Below, piece by piece: positions 1 through 7,273 of a stretch of 37,880 nt of DNA (position 1 is its first letter; each line of letters begins with the position of its first letter). The position numbers and the translations under genes are program-made. Under the pieces are notes generated by a model. That model ran no database searches. It saw nothing but the letters and a program-made list of their open reading frames with translations, and was not told the origin of the DNA. The stretch comes from a virus. Taxonomy: Duplodnaviria > Heunggongvirae > Uroviricota > Caudoviricetes. The stretch is from positions 1-37,880 of IMG/VR virus record IMGVR_UViG_3300031911_000001, one strand, 5' to 3'.

Positions 1-134
1 CGGGTGATGATCTTGCCGACGACCGGGGTGACCTCGAAGAAGTCGTTGGTCCTTTGGTCGTAGGCCATGAGCTTGATGTTCCCGGCTACCCGTCGCCGCT
101 CGTACAAGAACTTCTCCATTTCACTGATTCGCAT
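1..134 (-). CDS. Hypothetical protein, N-terminal part only (runs off the window's left edge)
   Basis: ATG at 134 preceded by GAGGAG. Reads MRISEMEKFLYERRRVAGNIKLMAYDQRTNDFFEV... with no stop before position 1. Confidence 0.6.
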   Translation of the reverse strand, partial: MRISEMEKFLYERRRVAGNIKLMAYDQRTNDFFEVTPVVGKIIT

Positions 135-205
135 CGCGAACTCCTCATTTGTTGTTGATAGAGCGATTTTTATACGGAAGGCATTGAAATGCAAGGGGTT
201 TGGGC

Positions 206-236
206 AAAAAGAAAGGGCTGGTTGTTACCTAGCCCT
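206..236 (-). terminator. Rho-independent terminator
   Basis: Minus strand AGGGCTAGGT-AAC-AACCAGCCCT hairpin followed by TTCTTTTT, just after the 270-587 gene. Confidence 0.7.
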
Positions 237-269
237 ATGCTTTGTGTAATAAGTGGCGTCAGGGGCCTC

Positions 270-587
270 CTATTGCTTCCTCACCACTGGTCCTGGTTGT
301 CGCAGATCACCTTTACCGATTTCACGGATCGGGATGAACAGATCAAAGCCATTGTCGTCCTCAGGATGATTGATCTCTTCACTGAATCGTTGACCGAACT
401 TGGTTCTGATGTAGTAGAAGCGCTGACGCTCGGCGTTCCAGCTGGCGACACTGGAATTGCGGCAGGAGCCTTCGTACATCCAACCATCTTTCAGGTCAGC
501 CTTGCGCAGCATGCCGTTTGCCACGGCAGACTCAATATCAACGTTGCCTGGACTTAAGAAGTTTCGGCGGATTTGTTGAGGCGTCAT
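270..587 (-). CDS. Conserved phage hypothetical protein (paralog B of 1026-1370); ends in TAG
   Basis: Start moved to MTPQQ (GGAGAG SD). Motif GMLRKADLKDGWMYEG..ASW...QRF...INHPEDD..FDLFIP aligns with 1026-1370. Confidence 0.75.
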   Translation of the reverse strand: MTPQQIRRNFLSPGNVDIESAVANGMLRKADLKDGWMYEGSCRNSSVASWNAERQRFYYIRTKFGQRFSEEINHPEDDNGFDLFIPIREIGKGDLRQPGPVVRKQ

Positions 588-1029
588 AGAAATTGATCTC
601 TCCAGAAAAATTGACAGAGTTGATTCCGAGTCCACACCCGGAGCTCAATTGTATTGCTATTTGCACCGCCTGTACAGAGTCGCGTCCGCACAACATAGCA
701 GCCATGGCAAAGTCCCTGCCGCCACCGATAGCAAACTGTCGCTGATCAATCCTCACTGGGGTAGGGCAACCGTTCTCGAAGAGCATGGGTCGCTCCCCGG
801 ATGGACCGACTGCAATTGCCTCTGCCATGTTGCCCTTGGGGAAGTCGGCCTTGACCATGCCTTCCTCGATCCACTCAAGCAACTCTCGGCACCTTCCACT
901 CTCGCCGGCCGCACCAGCCAGGAGACCGTTCTTGAGCTTCCTGATCTTGACCGTCGGTACAGTCAACCCGTAGAATGTCGATTGACGGTCAGCCGCTAGG
1001 GTATGACCGTCCCATGCCACTACGGTCAT
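538..1029 (-). CDS. HslV/20S-proteasome beta-subunit-like Ntn-hydrolase (putative threonine protease)
   Basis: N-terminal M-T-V-V-A-W-D-G..AADRQ, KIRKL, AGAAG, FAIGGG..AMAAM follow the HslV/proteasome beta pattern with Thr exposed after Met removal. Confidence 0.75.
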   Translation of the reverse strand: MTVVAWDGHTLAADRQSTFYGLTVPTVKIRKLKNGLLAGAAGESGRCRELLEWIEEGMVKADFPKGNMAEAIAVGPSGERPMLFENGCPTPVRIDQRQFAIGGGRDFAMAAMLCGRDSVQAVQIAIQLSSGCGLGINSVNFSGEINFYDASTNPPKLLKSRQR

Positions 1030-1370
1030 TCGCCTAGCTCAAGGTTGTACTTGAGGAAGCCCTTCACGGCCACCGGAATGAAGATGTTGACGCTGTCCGT
1101 CTGTGCAGGGTGGAAGACGTTGACGAATCGACTGTCACCACCCTGCACGATACGAACGATGAAGCACTGACGACGGAAGTCCCAATGTGCAAGGGTGATC
1201 TTGCGCGGGCTCCAGCCAAGGTAGATGGCCCCGTCGATCATCTCACCGAGACGGATCATGCCGGCATCGTAGGCACCGTCAATGTCGGCTTGTTTGACAT
1301 CCTCTGAATCGAGGTATGCCAGGTAAATCTGTTGACCGAGGATGCTCGGTTCTTCGATATCTTCACTCAT
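1026..1370 (-). CDS. Conserved phage hypothetical protein (paralog A of 270-587)
   Basis: Start at MSEDIEE (1370), overlapping the previous stop. GMIRLGEMIDGAIYLG..AHW...QCF...VFHPAQTD.VNIFIP aligns with 270-587. Confidence 0.7.
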   Translation of the reverse strand: MSEDIEEPSILGQQIYLAYLDSEDVKQADIDGAYDAGMIRLGEMIDGAIYLGWSPRKITLAHWDFRRQCFIVRIVQGGDSRFVNVFHPAQTDSVNIFIPVAVKGFLKYNLELGE

Positions 1371-1761
1371 ATATGATCTGCTCCACGTTGTTGAGGATGC
1401 CATCGAGTTCTTTGATGCGAGCATCGGATTCTCGAATGGATTCTTTGAGGTCGTCAATCTCGGAATCCTTTTCCTCGATCTGATCCTCAAGTGTCTTTAT
1501 TCTAGCCTCAAGGTCTTCAATTTTCGACTCATAAGGATCAACACGGGTGCGGAGCTGTTCATTGATGGTGCGGATTTCTTCCATCCTTGACGAGCCGTAG
1601 CGACCGGCCGGATGAATGCCGTCCAACTCTGCCTCAATGTTCCTTCTTGCGAAGTCGTCCAAGGGCTCATCGGATGGGACGCTGTCTAGAATGCTTCTTG
1701 TCTTATCGACAGCATCAATCACTTTGTCGATCAAGGGACATGAGTAGGGAATGTAAGGCAT
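1363..1761 (-). CDS. Coiled-coil hypothetical protein
   Basis: 132 aa ORF with an N-terminal SCPLID motif and a heptad-rich C-terminal half (KIEDLEARIKTLEDQIEEKDSEIDDLKE). Confidence 0.75.
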   Translation of the reverse strand: MPYIPYSCPLIDKVIDAVDKTRSILDSVPSDEPLDDFARRNIEAELDGIHPAGRYGSSRMEEIRTINEQLRTRVDPYESKIEDLEARIKTLEDQIEEKDSEIDDLKESIRESDARIKELDGILNNVEQIIYE

Positions 1762-1797
1762 GGAAATGGGTGACCTTTTGAGGGATCACCCATTTTA

Positions 1798-2607
1798 TTA
1801 GACCGAGTGCTTCAACAGCTTGTCGATAAGGACCTTGATCCCGCCGTGGTGGCTGAACCAGTTGGCGCCTTCTTTGATGTACTTGATCAGCATGTTCTCG
1901 GTGTCATGACCAATGAAGTTTGCCATCGTCACCGTCAGATCGGCCTGCCGCACAGCATCACGGGCTTCGGTAGCCTTGTCTGCAGTGAAGTGCTTGATCT
2001 TGAACTTGTGACCGACCGCAGCATTGACGATATGGACCTGTGCCCCGAGCAGGCCGCAGATCACCAGCTTGGGCAACTTCTCTTTGACCTGAATGAGTTC
2101 GAAGATTTCGTTCTCGATTTCGGCCTTGGTGATGTCCGGCGAAGTCATCAGATCGAGCAGCTTGTTCAGCTTCAGGTTCTGCTCTTCGAGGATTTCGTCA
2201 CGAAGGGTGCGGGCCGCCAAGATCAGGTAGGTCTCGAAGGTCGGCTTTTCGTCCTCGTCGTCTGCCGGTTCGACCGGTGGAACCCAAGGAGTCGGCTGCG
2301 TCTGATCCTGCGGCTTGACGTGATAGAAGCCAGACACCGCCGGTGGCCGTTGGATTTCGTCCGCGATGACCTTCAGTCGATCTTGGAAGACCTCTTCGGC
2401 CCTCGTGAAGATTGCCAAGACGCCATCATTGACGCCCAAGGTCTTCACTGTGCTGTCGTTATAGCGACGGCTAGGTGCAACAGAGTGGTTCTGTGCCTTG
2501 ATCCGGGCCGCTACCCGTCCCATCCCGTTGGTACGCTGAAGACAGTAGTAGTCGATGAATTCCTCTGCTTCTGCCGCTGTCCAGTTCTTTGTTGATGCTT
2601 GACCCAT
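1798..2607 (-). CDS. Hypothetical early protein with a DUF2325-like C-terminal domain
   Basis: 269 aa, strong SD and promoter. C-terminal ADLTVTMANFIGH...GGIKVLIDKL resembles DUF2325 (by eye). Confidence 0.65.
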   Translation of the reverse strand: MGQASTKNWTAAEAEEFIDYYCLQRTNGMGRVAARIKAQNHSVAPSRRYNDSTVKTLGVNDGVLAIFTRAEEVFQDRLKVIADEIQRPPAVSGFYHVKPQDQTQPTPWVPPVEPADDEDEKPTFETYLILAARTLRDEILEEQNLKLNKLLDLMTSPDITKAEIENEIFELIQVKEKLPKLVICGLLGAQVHIVNAAVGHKFKIKHFTADKATEARDAVRQADLTVTMANFIGHDTENMLIKYIKEGANWFSHHGGIKVLIDKLLKHSV

Positions 2608-2638
2608 ATTGCTTTCTCCAAAGTGTTGAGGAGCCTAC

Positions 2639-2667
2639 AGTATACGTGACACTGAGGCTCCTTTCAA
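2639..2667 (-). promoter_or_regulatory. Sigma70-type promoter
   Basis: TTGAAA-17 nt-TATACT, inside an inverted repeat AGGAGCCT..AGGCTCCT (2629-2662). Confidence 0.75.
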
Positions 2668-2682
2668 CAAAATGTTGAAGAA

Positions 2683-3219
2683 TTATCGTCGGCTGGGCGA
2701 CGAATACGACCGGCTCGGGGCCGAGTAGGAACGGCTTGGGGATGGGACCGAAGGCTTGTAGTTCGACGTCGGTGCCTTGTATGCGTTGGAGCTGTAGCTC
2801 GGGGCAGGCTTCGGAGCCGGTGCAGGTGCAGGGGCGGCCACGACCTTGGGAGGCTCAACCTTCGAAGCAACCACCGCGGGCTTCGGGGTGCTCGGCTTGA
2901 ACCAGCTGCTGCGAGCAGGCTCACGTGGAACTTCACGCACGACCTGACGTTCGATGATTTGCGGGGCCGGTGCCGCCTGACGATTGCCAGAACTGCCAAG
3001 CATGTAGCCGATGGCACCACCGAGCAGCATGTCACCTACGCCGGAGTCCTTTTGTTGAACAACGACTGGAGCCGCACCGGTTGGAGCAGGGGCACCGGCA
3101 GGAGCATCTTGAGGCTGAGCTACCTGCTCGGTCCCGATCCTTGGAACGTCACTGTGATCTGAACCGCCGCAGGCAGTCAGGATGGATGCTACGGCGAGCA
3201 CGATCAGGGTCTTCTTCAT
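2683..3219 (-). CDS. Putative lipoprotein with Pro/Ala/Ser-rich disordered tail
   Basis: True start MKKTLIVLAVASILTAC (lipobox LTAC, GGAG SD). Contains a GGAIGYMLG hydrophobic segment and a low-complexity C-terminus. Confidence 0.75.
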   Translation of the reverse strand: MKKTLIVLAVASILTACGGSDHSDVPRIGTEQVAQPQDAPAGAPAPTGAAPVVVQQKDSGVGDMLLGGAIGYMLGSSGNRQAAPAPQIIERQVVREVPREPARSSWFKPSTPKPAVVASKVEPPKVVAAPAPAPAPKPAPSYSSNAYKAPTSNYKPSVPSPSRSYSAPSRSYSSPSRR

Positions 3220-3259
3220 GGACTTCTCCAGTTGATGTAAACCCTGATTGTACAGGTGA

Positions 3260-3817
3260 TCACTCAAACTTCGATGCGATTTTGTCGAGACATTTTCTTT
3301 TGATCTTGAAACTGTCAGTATCGAATCCACCGAACAGGACGGCCGCATTGGCATGTAGCTCTGCGTAAGCCGTGAGGATGAGGGTAGGACCAAGGGGATG
3401 CTTGGCAATGTGTTCTCGGTCCTCTGCCTTGGCCGTATGGCACCACATATCGAGCCTCATGAGTTCGATTGTGGTGTGATCCTCCGGGTACAGACTCGCC
3501 CATGTGCTGGAGCTGATCTGTGCGTGTCCGGGGAAGTGACGGCGGCCATCCTCATCGACCTGTAGACAGTAGGGCTTTCCACAGTCATGGAACACATGAT
3601 AGTCATGTGCTGCATCCGGGCGGATTGCCTTCTCCTGTATGCTCTTGAGCTTCTCGAGAATGTCTGGCTTGAAGGACCATTCCATTCTCCCATTGCCCTT
3701 GAGCGTAGCCCAGAGGTCGGCATACCGGTCAGCCACATCGGTCCCATGCTTGTAGATAGAATACCCGGGTGCTTGCTCACAATAGGTCATTGCTTTGATA
3801 AGATCGACGCGGCTCAT
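3260..3817 (-). CDS. HD-type metal-dependent phosphohydrolase-like protein
   Basis: Motifs YKHG, FHDCGKP, RHFPGHA, DMWCH, ELHAN fit the HD-domain pattern. Confidence 0.65.
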   Translation of the reverse strand: MSRVDLIKAMTYCEQAPGYSIYKHGTDVADRYADLWATLKGNGRMEWSFKPDILEKLKSIQEKAIRPDAAHDYHVFHDCGKPYCLQVDEDGRRHFPGHAQISSSTWASLYPEDHTTIELMRLDMWCHTAKAEDREHIAKHPLGPTLILTAYAELHANAAVLFGGFDTDSFKIKRKCLDKIASKFE

Positions 3818-3993
3818 GTCGGCCCCATTTCTGAGTCAAATTCTTGACTCGTGAGCATCAGATGGAATCCGTCTCCGCGATGGAAGACTAGCTTGCCGTT
3901 GCTGAGGGTGCCGATGTATGAGTAGCTACAACGATCCTTGCGGTTCACCCAGCACCCACCGACGTTCAGAATCCAATTACGATTTGAAACCAT
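3814..3993 (-). CDS. Hypothetical protein (59 aa)
   Basis: MVSNRNWILNVGG...; TAATG overlap with the Pth2-like stop and ATGA overlap with the HD gene start. Confidence 0.55.
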   Translation of the reverse strand: MVSNRNWILNVGGCWVNRKDRCSYSYIGTLSNGKLVFHRGDGFHLMLTSQEFDSEMGPT

Positions 3994-4364
3994 TATGCTC
4001 TCCAGAGGTTGTACTTCTTGAAATGGTGCCGAAGGTCTTCCGTGATAGGAAGGGTGGCAAAGGACGTGTAGCCCGGTGGGTAACCGAGGTGCTCGTCTGG
4101 TTCGTAGAAGATTTCGGAATCGATCCCAGCGGCCGTGATCAGATCGCGCGCCTTGAGGAGCTGGTATTCGTTCTTGACTCTGAGGACAATGATCGAAGAG
4201 GTCTGAGCGTATCGTAGTCCGGATTGCCCGGCCTTGAGCCCTGCTTCGAGTGCCGCGTGATTGGACTGTGCCAATTGTTGGGCGAGTGGGATGTCGGTCC
4301 TGATGAAGACATAGCAATACGTCTTATCGAGGATCAGATTGAGGTTCTACAGTTGCTTGGTCAT
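3993..4364 (-). CDS. Pth2-like peptidyl-tRNA hydrolase with an in-frame amber codon at codon 6 (4347-4349); candidate readthrough gene
   Basis: GGAG-6 nt-ATG ACC AAG CAA CTG TAG AAC ... in frame with YCYVFIRTDIPLAQQLAQSNHAALEAG...IVLRVKNEYQL...GI...FYEPD...TSFATLP (Pth2-family pattern). Confidence 0.75.
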
Positions 4365-4419
4365 TTGATGCTCCGGTCGATGATGAAATAAAAACACAGT
4401 TTGGATTGTATAACAGGTC

Positions 4420-4425
4420 TATTTA
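4420..4425 (-). promoter_or_regulatory. T4-type late-promoter-like TAAATA upstream of the Pth2-like gene
   Basis: AGGTCT-TTAAAT-AGACCT hairpin centred on TAAATA. Confidence 0.45.
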
Positions 4426-4650
4426 AAGACCTAGTGAATTCCGCACTTCTTTTTGTGCGTCCAGTTTGCCTTGCTTGTAGGCTCGGTCAATGATGTCGGC
4501 AAGCAGATCGACGTCTTCCTTGGTCAAATCCTTGACCTTGACTACGTCACTATCGAGTCCGAGCCCATCGACGAACAGGAGGTTGGTCCAGGTCTCTTCT
4601 TGAGTGACCTCGTCAATGTCCATCAGGATACTGTGAGTCCATGCTCTCAT
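4423..4650 (-). CDS. Hypothetical protein
   Basis: Start at MRAWTHS (4650) overlapping the previous stop; 75 aa. Confidence 0.65.
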   Translation of the reverse strand: MRAWTHSILMDIDEVTQEETWTNLLFVDGLGLDSDVVKVKDLTKEDVDLLADIIDRAYKQGKLDAQKEVRNSLGL

Positions 4651-4913
4651 TGTGTTGCCTTTGTGGGGAAGGTCCACTTGACGTCGAGCACTTCACGTGC
4701 TTTCTTCTTGCGCTTCAGCTGAATGACTGCGTCTGCATTGGGATGCGTACCCAAGACCAGATCACGGTAGGCATTGTGCTTGCGACGGAGCTTGAGCATC
4801 TTCTCGTGCATCCCACGGAAGAACTCTTGATGTTCGATCGGTAAGGCATCGATGCGAGCCTCGAACTCATTGTGCTCGGTGCAGACCTTACAGGCGCAGT
4901 CATTCTTCATCAT
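4647..4913 (-). CDS. Hypothetical protein (CxCxxC N-terminus, coiled coil)
   Basis: 88 aa ORF with 4-nt overlaps to both neighbours. Confidence 0.65.
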   Translation of the reverse strand: MMKNDCACKVCTEHNEFEARIDALPIEHQEFFRGMHEKMLKLRRKHNAYRDLVLGTHPNADAVIQLKRKKKAREVLDVKWTFPTKATQ

Positions 4914-5212
4914 GTCTCCAATGCGTGTTCATGGACCCATGCCATCCGCTTGGGGTTGTGATGCTTGGCTGCCTCAGAAGCGTAATCATCACAGTTTTCG
5001 TTGAATGGATATTCTTCGTCGAGGCCATCCATCACAAACTGCTGAATAAGTTCATCTCTTAGGCCTTCATGACCGAAGCTGAATGCATTGCTGCAGAGCC
5101 CAGCGTGTCGACCAAAGTGGTGTTCGTTATGGACCGGGGCACCATCTTCGGCCCACTTGAGGTAAGCCTTGTAGAAGTCGGTCAGCTTCTCTGATTGATT
5201 AGCAATTGACAT
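4910..5212 (-). CDS. Conserved phage hypothetical protein
   Basis: FYKAYLKW..DGAP...F.RHAGLC...YPFN...RMAWV is a recurring phage ORFan pattern. Confidence 0.7.
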   Translation of the reverse strand: MSIANQSEKLTDFYKAYLKWAEDGAPVHNEHHFGRHAGLCSNAFSFGHEGLRDELIQQFVMDGLDEEYPFNENCDDYASEAAKHHNPKRMAWVHEHALET

Positions 5213-5214
5213 GT

Positions 5215-5889
5215 TCACCACCCCGCGTTTTCTGCCGACATGTAGACCTGTACCTGCTTGCGTACCTCGTTGCTTCGATTGCCGAATCGCTTCTTGACGT
5301 TGCCGTCAGTGTCCCAGTAGCGGCTTGCTCGGATGAAGAAGCGCCACCCGTTGCCGGTTGCTGCGACACCACGGTGCCACGTCCGGTCATCGAACTTGAT
5401 CAGCGTCTTGTCCGGGGCTTGGATGACGTCGAGGGCCTTGTCCGACACCATGTCGGTTACGTCCTGATGCCACTTCTCGTAGATCGTCTCACCCAGTGCC
5501 GGAACCTTAAAGGATTGCTTGCCAAGGGCAAACTCGGTCGGGGCAAGGTGGGAGTTGACCAGCATCATGATGTGCTCGGCACGGTCAGTCGGCTTCTCGT
5601 ATTCGGGTTGACCGTCGGAGCGGGTACGGGGAACGTCGTCGTGGTGCCAGCCGGGGATGCAAGGGAACCAGCCCGGCATGAGCATGTGAACCCGGCTGTC
5701 GATCACCAACGGCACATTCTGCCATGCCTTGGGCAGGTGGTCCAGGAAGACCCGGGTGATGACGTCACCGTTGTCCCATGCGCCGTCGAGGTCATTGTTG
5801 AAGAGCATTGGCTCATTCTTGATGCGCTCGGTATTGAAGTCGCGCTGGAGGTAGGTGACGAAACTGGCTTTGCTGTCGATGCTGATCAT
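5215..5889 (-). CDS. 2OG-Fe(II) oxygenase-like protein
   Basis: PGWHHDDVPR (HxD), TWHRG (distal His) and WRFFIR (2OG-binding Arg) match the DSBH dioxygenase layout. Confidence 0.65.
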   Translation of the reverse strand: MISIDSKASFVTYLQRDFNTERIKNEPMLFNNDLDGAWDNGDVITRVFLDHLPKAWQNVPLVIDSRVHMLMPGWFPCIPGWHHDDVPRTRSDGQPEYEKPTDRAEHIMMLVNSHLAPTEFALGKQSFKVPALGETIYEKWHQDVTDMVSDKALDVIQAPDKTLIKFDDRTWHRGVAATGNGWRFFIRASRYWDTDGNVKKRFGNRSNEVRKQVQVYMSAENAGW

Positions 5890-6206
5890 ACGAGTTCCTT
5901 GAGTTGATCGATGATCTTGTCGGCCAGATCATAGCGGGCTGCCGTCAGAGCATCTTCTGGTGCGTTGGTCACCACATCCTCGTCCAAATCCAAGAGGTAG
6001 CCCGTCAGGGTGTAGGTGCCACCGAGTGCGGAGTCGATGATGAGGCAAACGTATGCGGCCTCGGTTTCATCGGCACAGCTTGCCGCAACCGCATGACACA
6101 GGTAGTAGTGGGAATCGATTTGCAATTTTGCATCGAGCAGAATTTCGATTGCCCGGGATGCACTGATTCTCTCAGGCACACGGATAGGCTGGATGTCAAA
6201 TTTCAT
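5886..6206 (-). CDS. Hypothetical protein, paralog family member 3
   Basis: AIEIL.DAK...YLCHA...TLTGYL...ARYDLADKII shared with 6593-6925 and 6922-7251. Confidence 0.75.
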   Translation of the reverse strand: MKFDIQPIRVPERISASRAIEILLDAKLQIDSHYYLCHAVAASCADETEAAYVCLIIDSALGGTYTLTGYLLDLDEDVVTNAPEDALTAARYDLADKIIDQLKELV

Positions 6207-6207
6207 A

Positions 6208-6417
6208 TCAATCCCTTATGGTAAGTTCAAAGGCCGGGCAGCTATAGACAGTGCCCGTGATGTCCCAGCAATCGCCCCTGCGGCCACATGCCTTGTCGAC
6301 GATTTTACGCTCTTTCAAGACGCATCCGCGCTGAAGAGCATTGACGTGTTGGGTGTCAACCGGACTGCGCCCACAGGCAGCAAGTAGAAGGACCAGAGAG
6401 AGGATGAGGTATTTCAT
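6208..6417 (-). CDS. Small Cys-rich lipoprotein
   Basis: True start MKYLILSLVLLLAAC (lipobox LAAC); four further Cys residues. Confidence 0.7.
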   Translation of the reverse strand: MKYLILSLVLLLAACGRSPVDTQHVNALQRGCVLKERKIVDKACGRRGDCWDITGTVYSCPAFELTIRD

Positions 6418-6596
6418 TTCTGTTCGTCCTTGTAGAAGCACTTGTACCAATCGAACTTGGAGCCGAGGTCCTTCTTCATCGCTGCGCCCATCTCGTGGCA
6501 CGCTTGGACAGAAGGCATTGAGATCATTGCTGGACCACCGGTGGCTCCCGTACCGAAGCCGGAGCTGATGTAGATGAGGAGGATGACGGTGTTCAC
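6414..6596 (-). CDS. Small hypothetical protein, possibly exported
   Basis: 60 aa with a hydrophobic N-terminus and two Cys; GGAG SD before the GTG start. Confidence 0.6.
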   Translation of the reverse strand: MNTVILLIYISSGFGTGATGGPAMISMPSVQACHEMGAAMKKDLGSKFDWYKCFYKDEQK

Positions 6597-6925
6597 ATTT
6601 TCTCCAGTTGGTCGATGATTTTGTTGGCGAGCATCACCCGTGCTTCCTTTGACTGTTCGACGGTGTCAAAGATACCGATGCAAGAGATACCAAAGAGGGT
6701 GCCAAGATAGCCACCGAGTGATGTGCTCGGATAGATTGCCGATAGGATGATCTTCTTGGTGTAGAAGCGATCATCATAGTAGGCATCTACTTCTTCGACT
6801 GCATGGCACAGATAGATCTGTTCATCCAGATGCAGCCTCACAGCATCTTTCAAAATCCGGATGGCTGTAGACGGCTCGATGTACTCGACGTGGACGGGCC
6901 TGATTTGGAAGTCTGTCAGTGTCAT
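6593..6925 (-). CDS. Hypothetical protein, paralog family member 2
   Basis: AIRILKDA...YLCHA...SLGGYL...ARVMLANKII. Confidence 0.75.
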   Translation of the reverse strand: MTLTDFQIRPVHVEYIEPSTAIRILKDAVRLHLDEQIYLCHAVEEVDAYYDDRFYTKKIILSAIYPSTSLGGYLGTLFGISCIGIFDTVEQSKEARVMLANKIIDQLEKM

Positions 6926-7251
6926 GCGAGGCTCCCGAGGTGTGCGATCATCTTGTCGATCAGATCGTAACGGGCCTGATAGGACTTTTCCGGGCCATCG
7001 TACAGGTCTGAAAGCTCAAAATCGTAATGTTCACGGAGGTAGCCGGTGAGTGTATATTCTCCGCCGATGGCCTGACGGATCATCTTCTGGATGTCCGAGA
7101 CCTCAGCCGGCGTTGCGTTGGTTTCTTCAATCGCATGGCAGACATAGAATCTGCGTGGGATGAACACCTTGGCCATGTTGAGGATTTCGATGGCTCGTTC
7201 TGGCGACGTGTCCCGGCGAAGATCGAAGGGGATGATGACAAATGATTTCAT
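6922..7251 (-). CDS. Hypothetical protein, paralog family member 1
   Basis: AIEILNMAK...YVCHA...TLTGYL...ARYDLIDKMI; GGAG SD. Confidence 0.75.
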   Translation of the reverse strand: MKSFVIIPFDLRRDTSPERAIEILNMAKVFIPRRFYVCHAIEETNATPAEVSDIQKMIRQAIGGEYTLTGYLREHYDFELSDLYDGPEKSYQARYDLIDKMIAHLGSLA

Positions 7252-7273
7252 TCAATTTTCTCCAAAATAAAAA

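Noticed and set aside
155-198. Promoter upstream of the first (partial) gene
   Set aside because: TTGCAT and TATAAA are only 13 nt apart, so the spacing is not convincing.
3247-3275. Sigma70 promoter before the 2683-3219 lipoprotein
   Set aside because: TACAAT is present, but there is no acceptable -35 at 16-18 nt. It is left uncalled.
3993-4274. TTG start for the Pth2-like gene as given by the ORF track
   Set aside because: It removes the conserved YVFIRTD strand and has no SD. The upstream SD-ATG with in-frame TAG fits better.
3814-4317. 167-aa minus-strand ORF overlapping the Pth2-like gene
   Set aside because: The N-terminal part is an alternative frame of the Pth gene. Only the last 59 codons (from the TAATG overlap) look like a gene.
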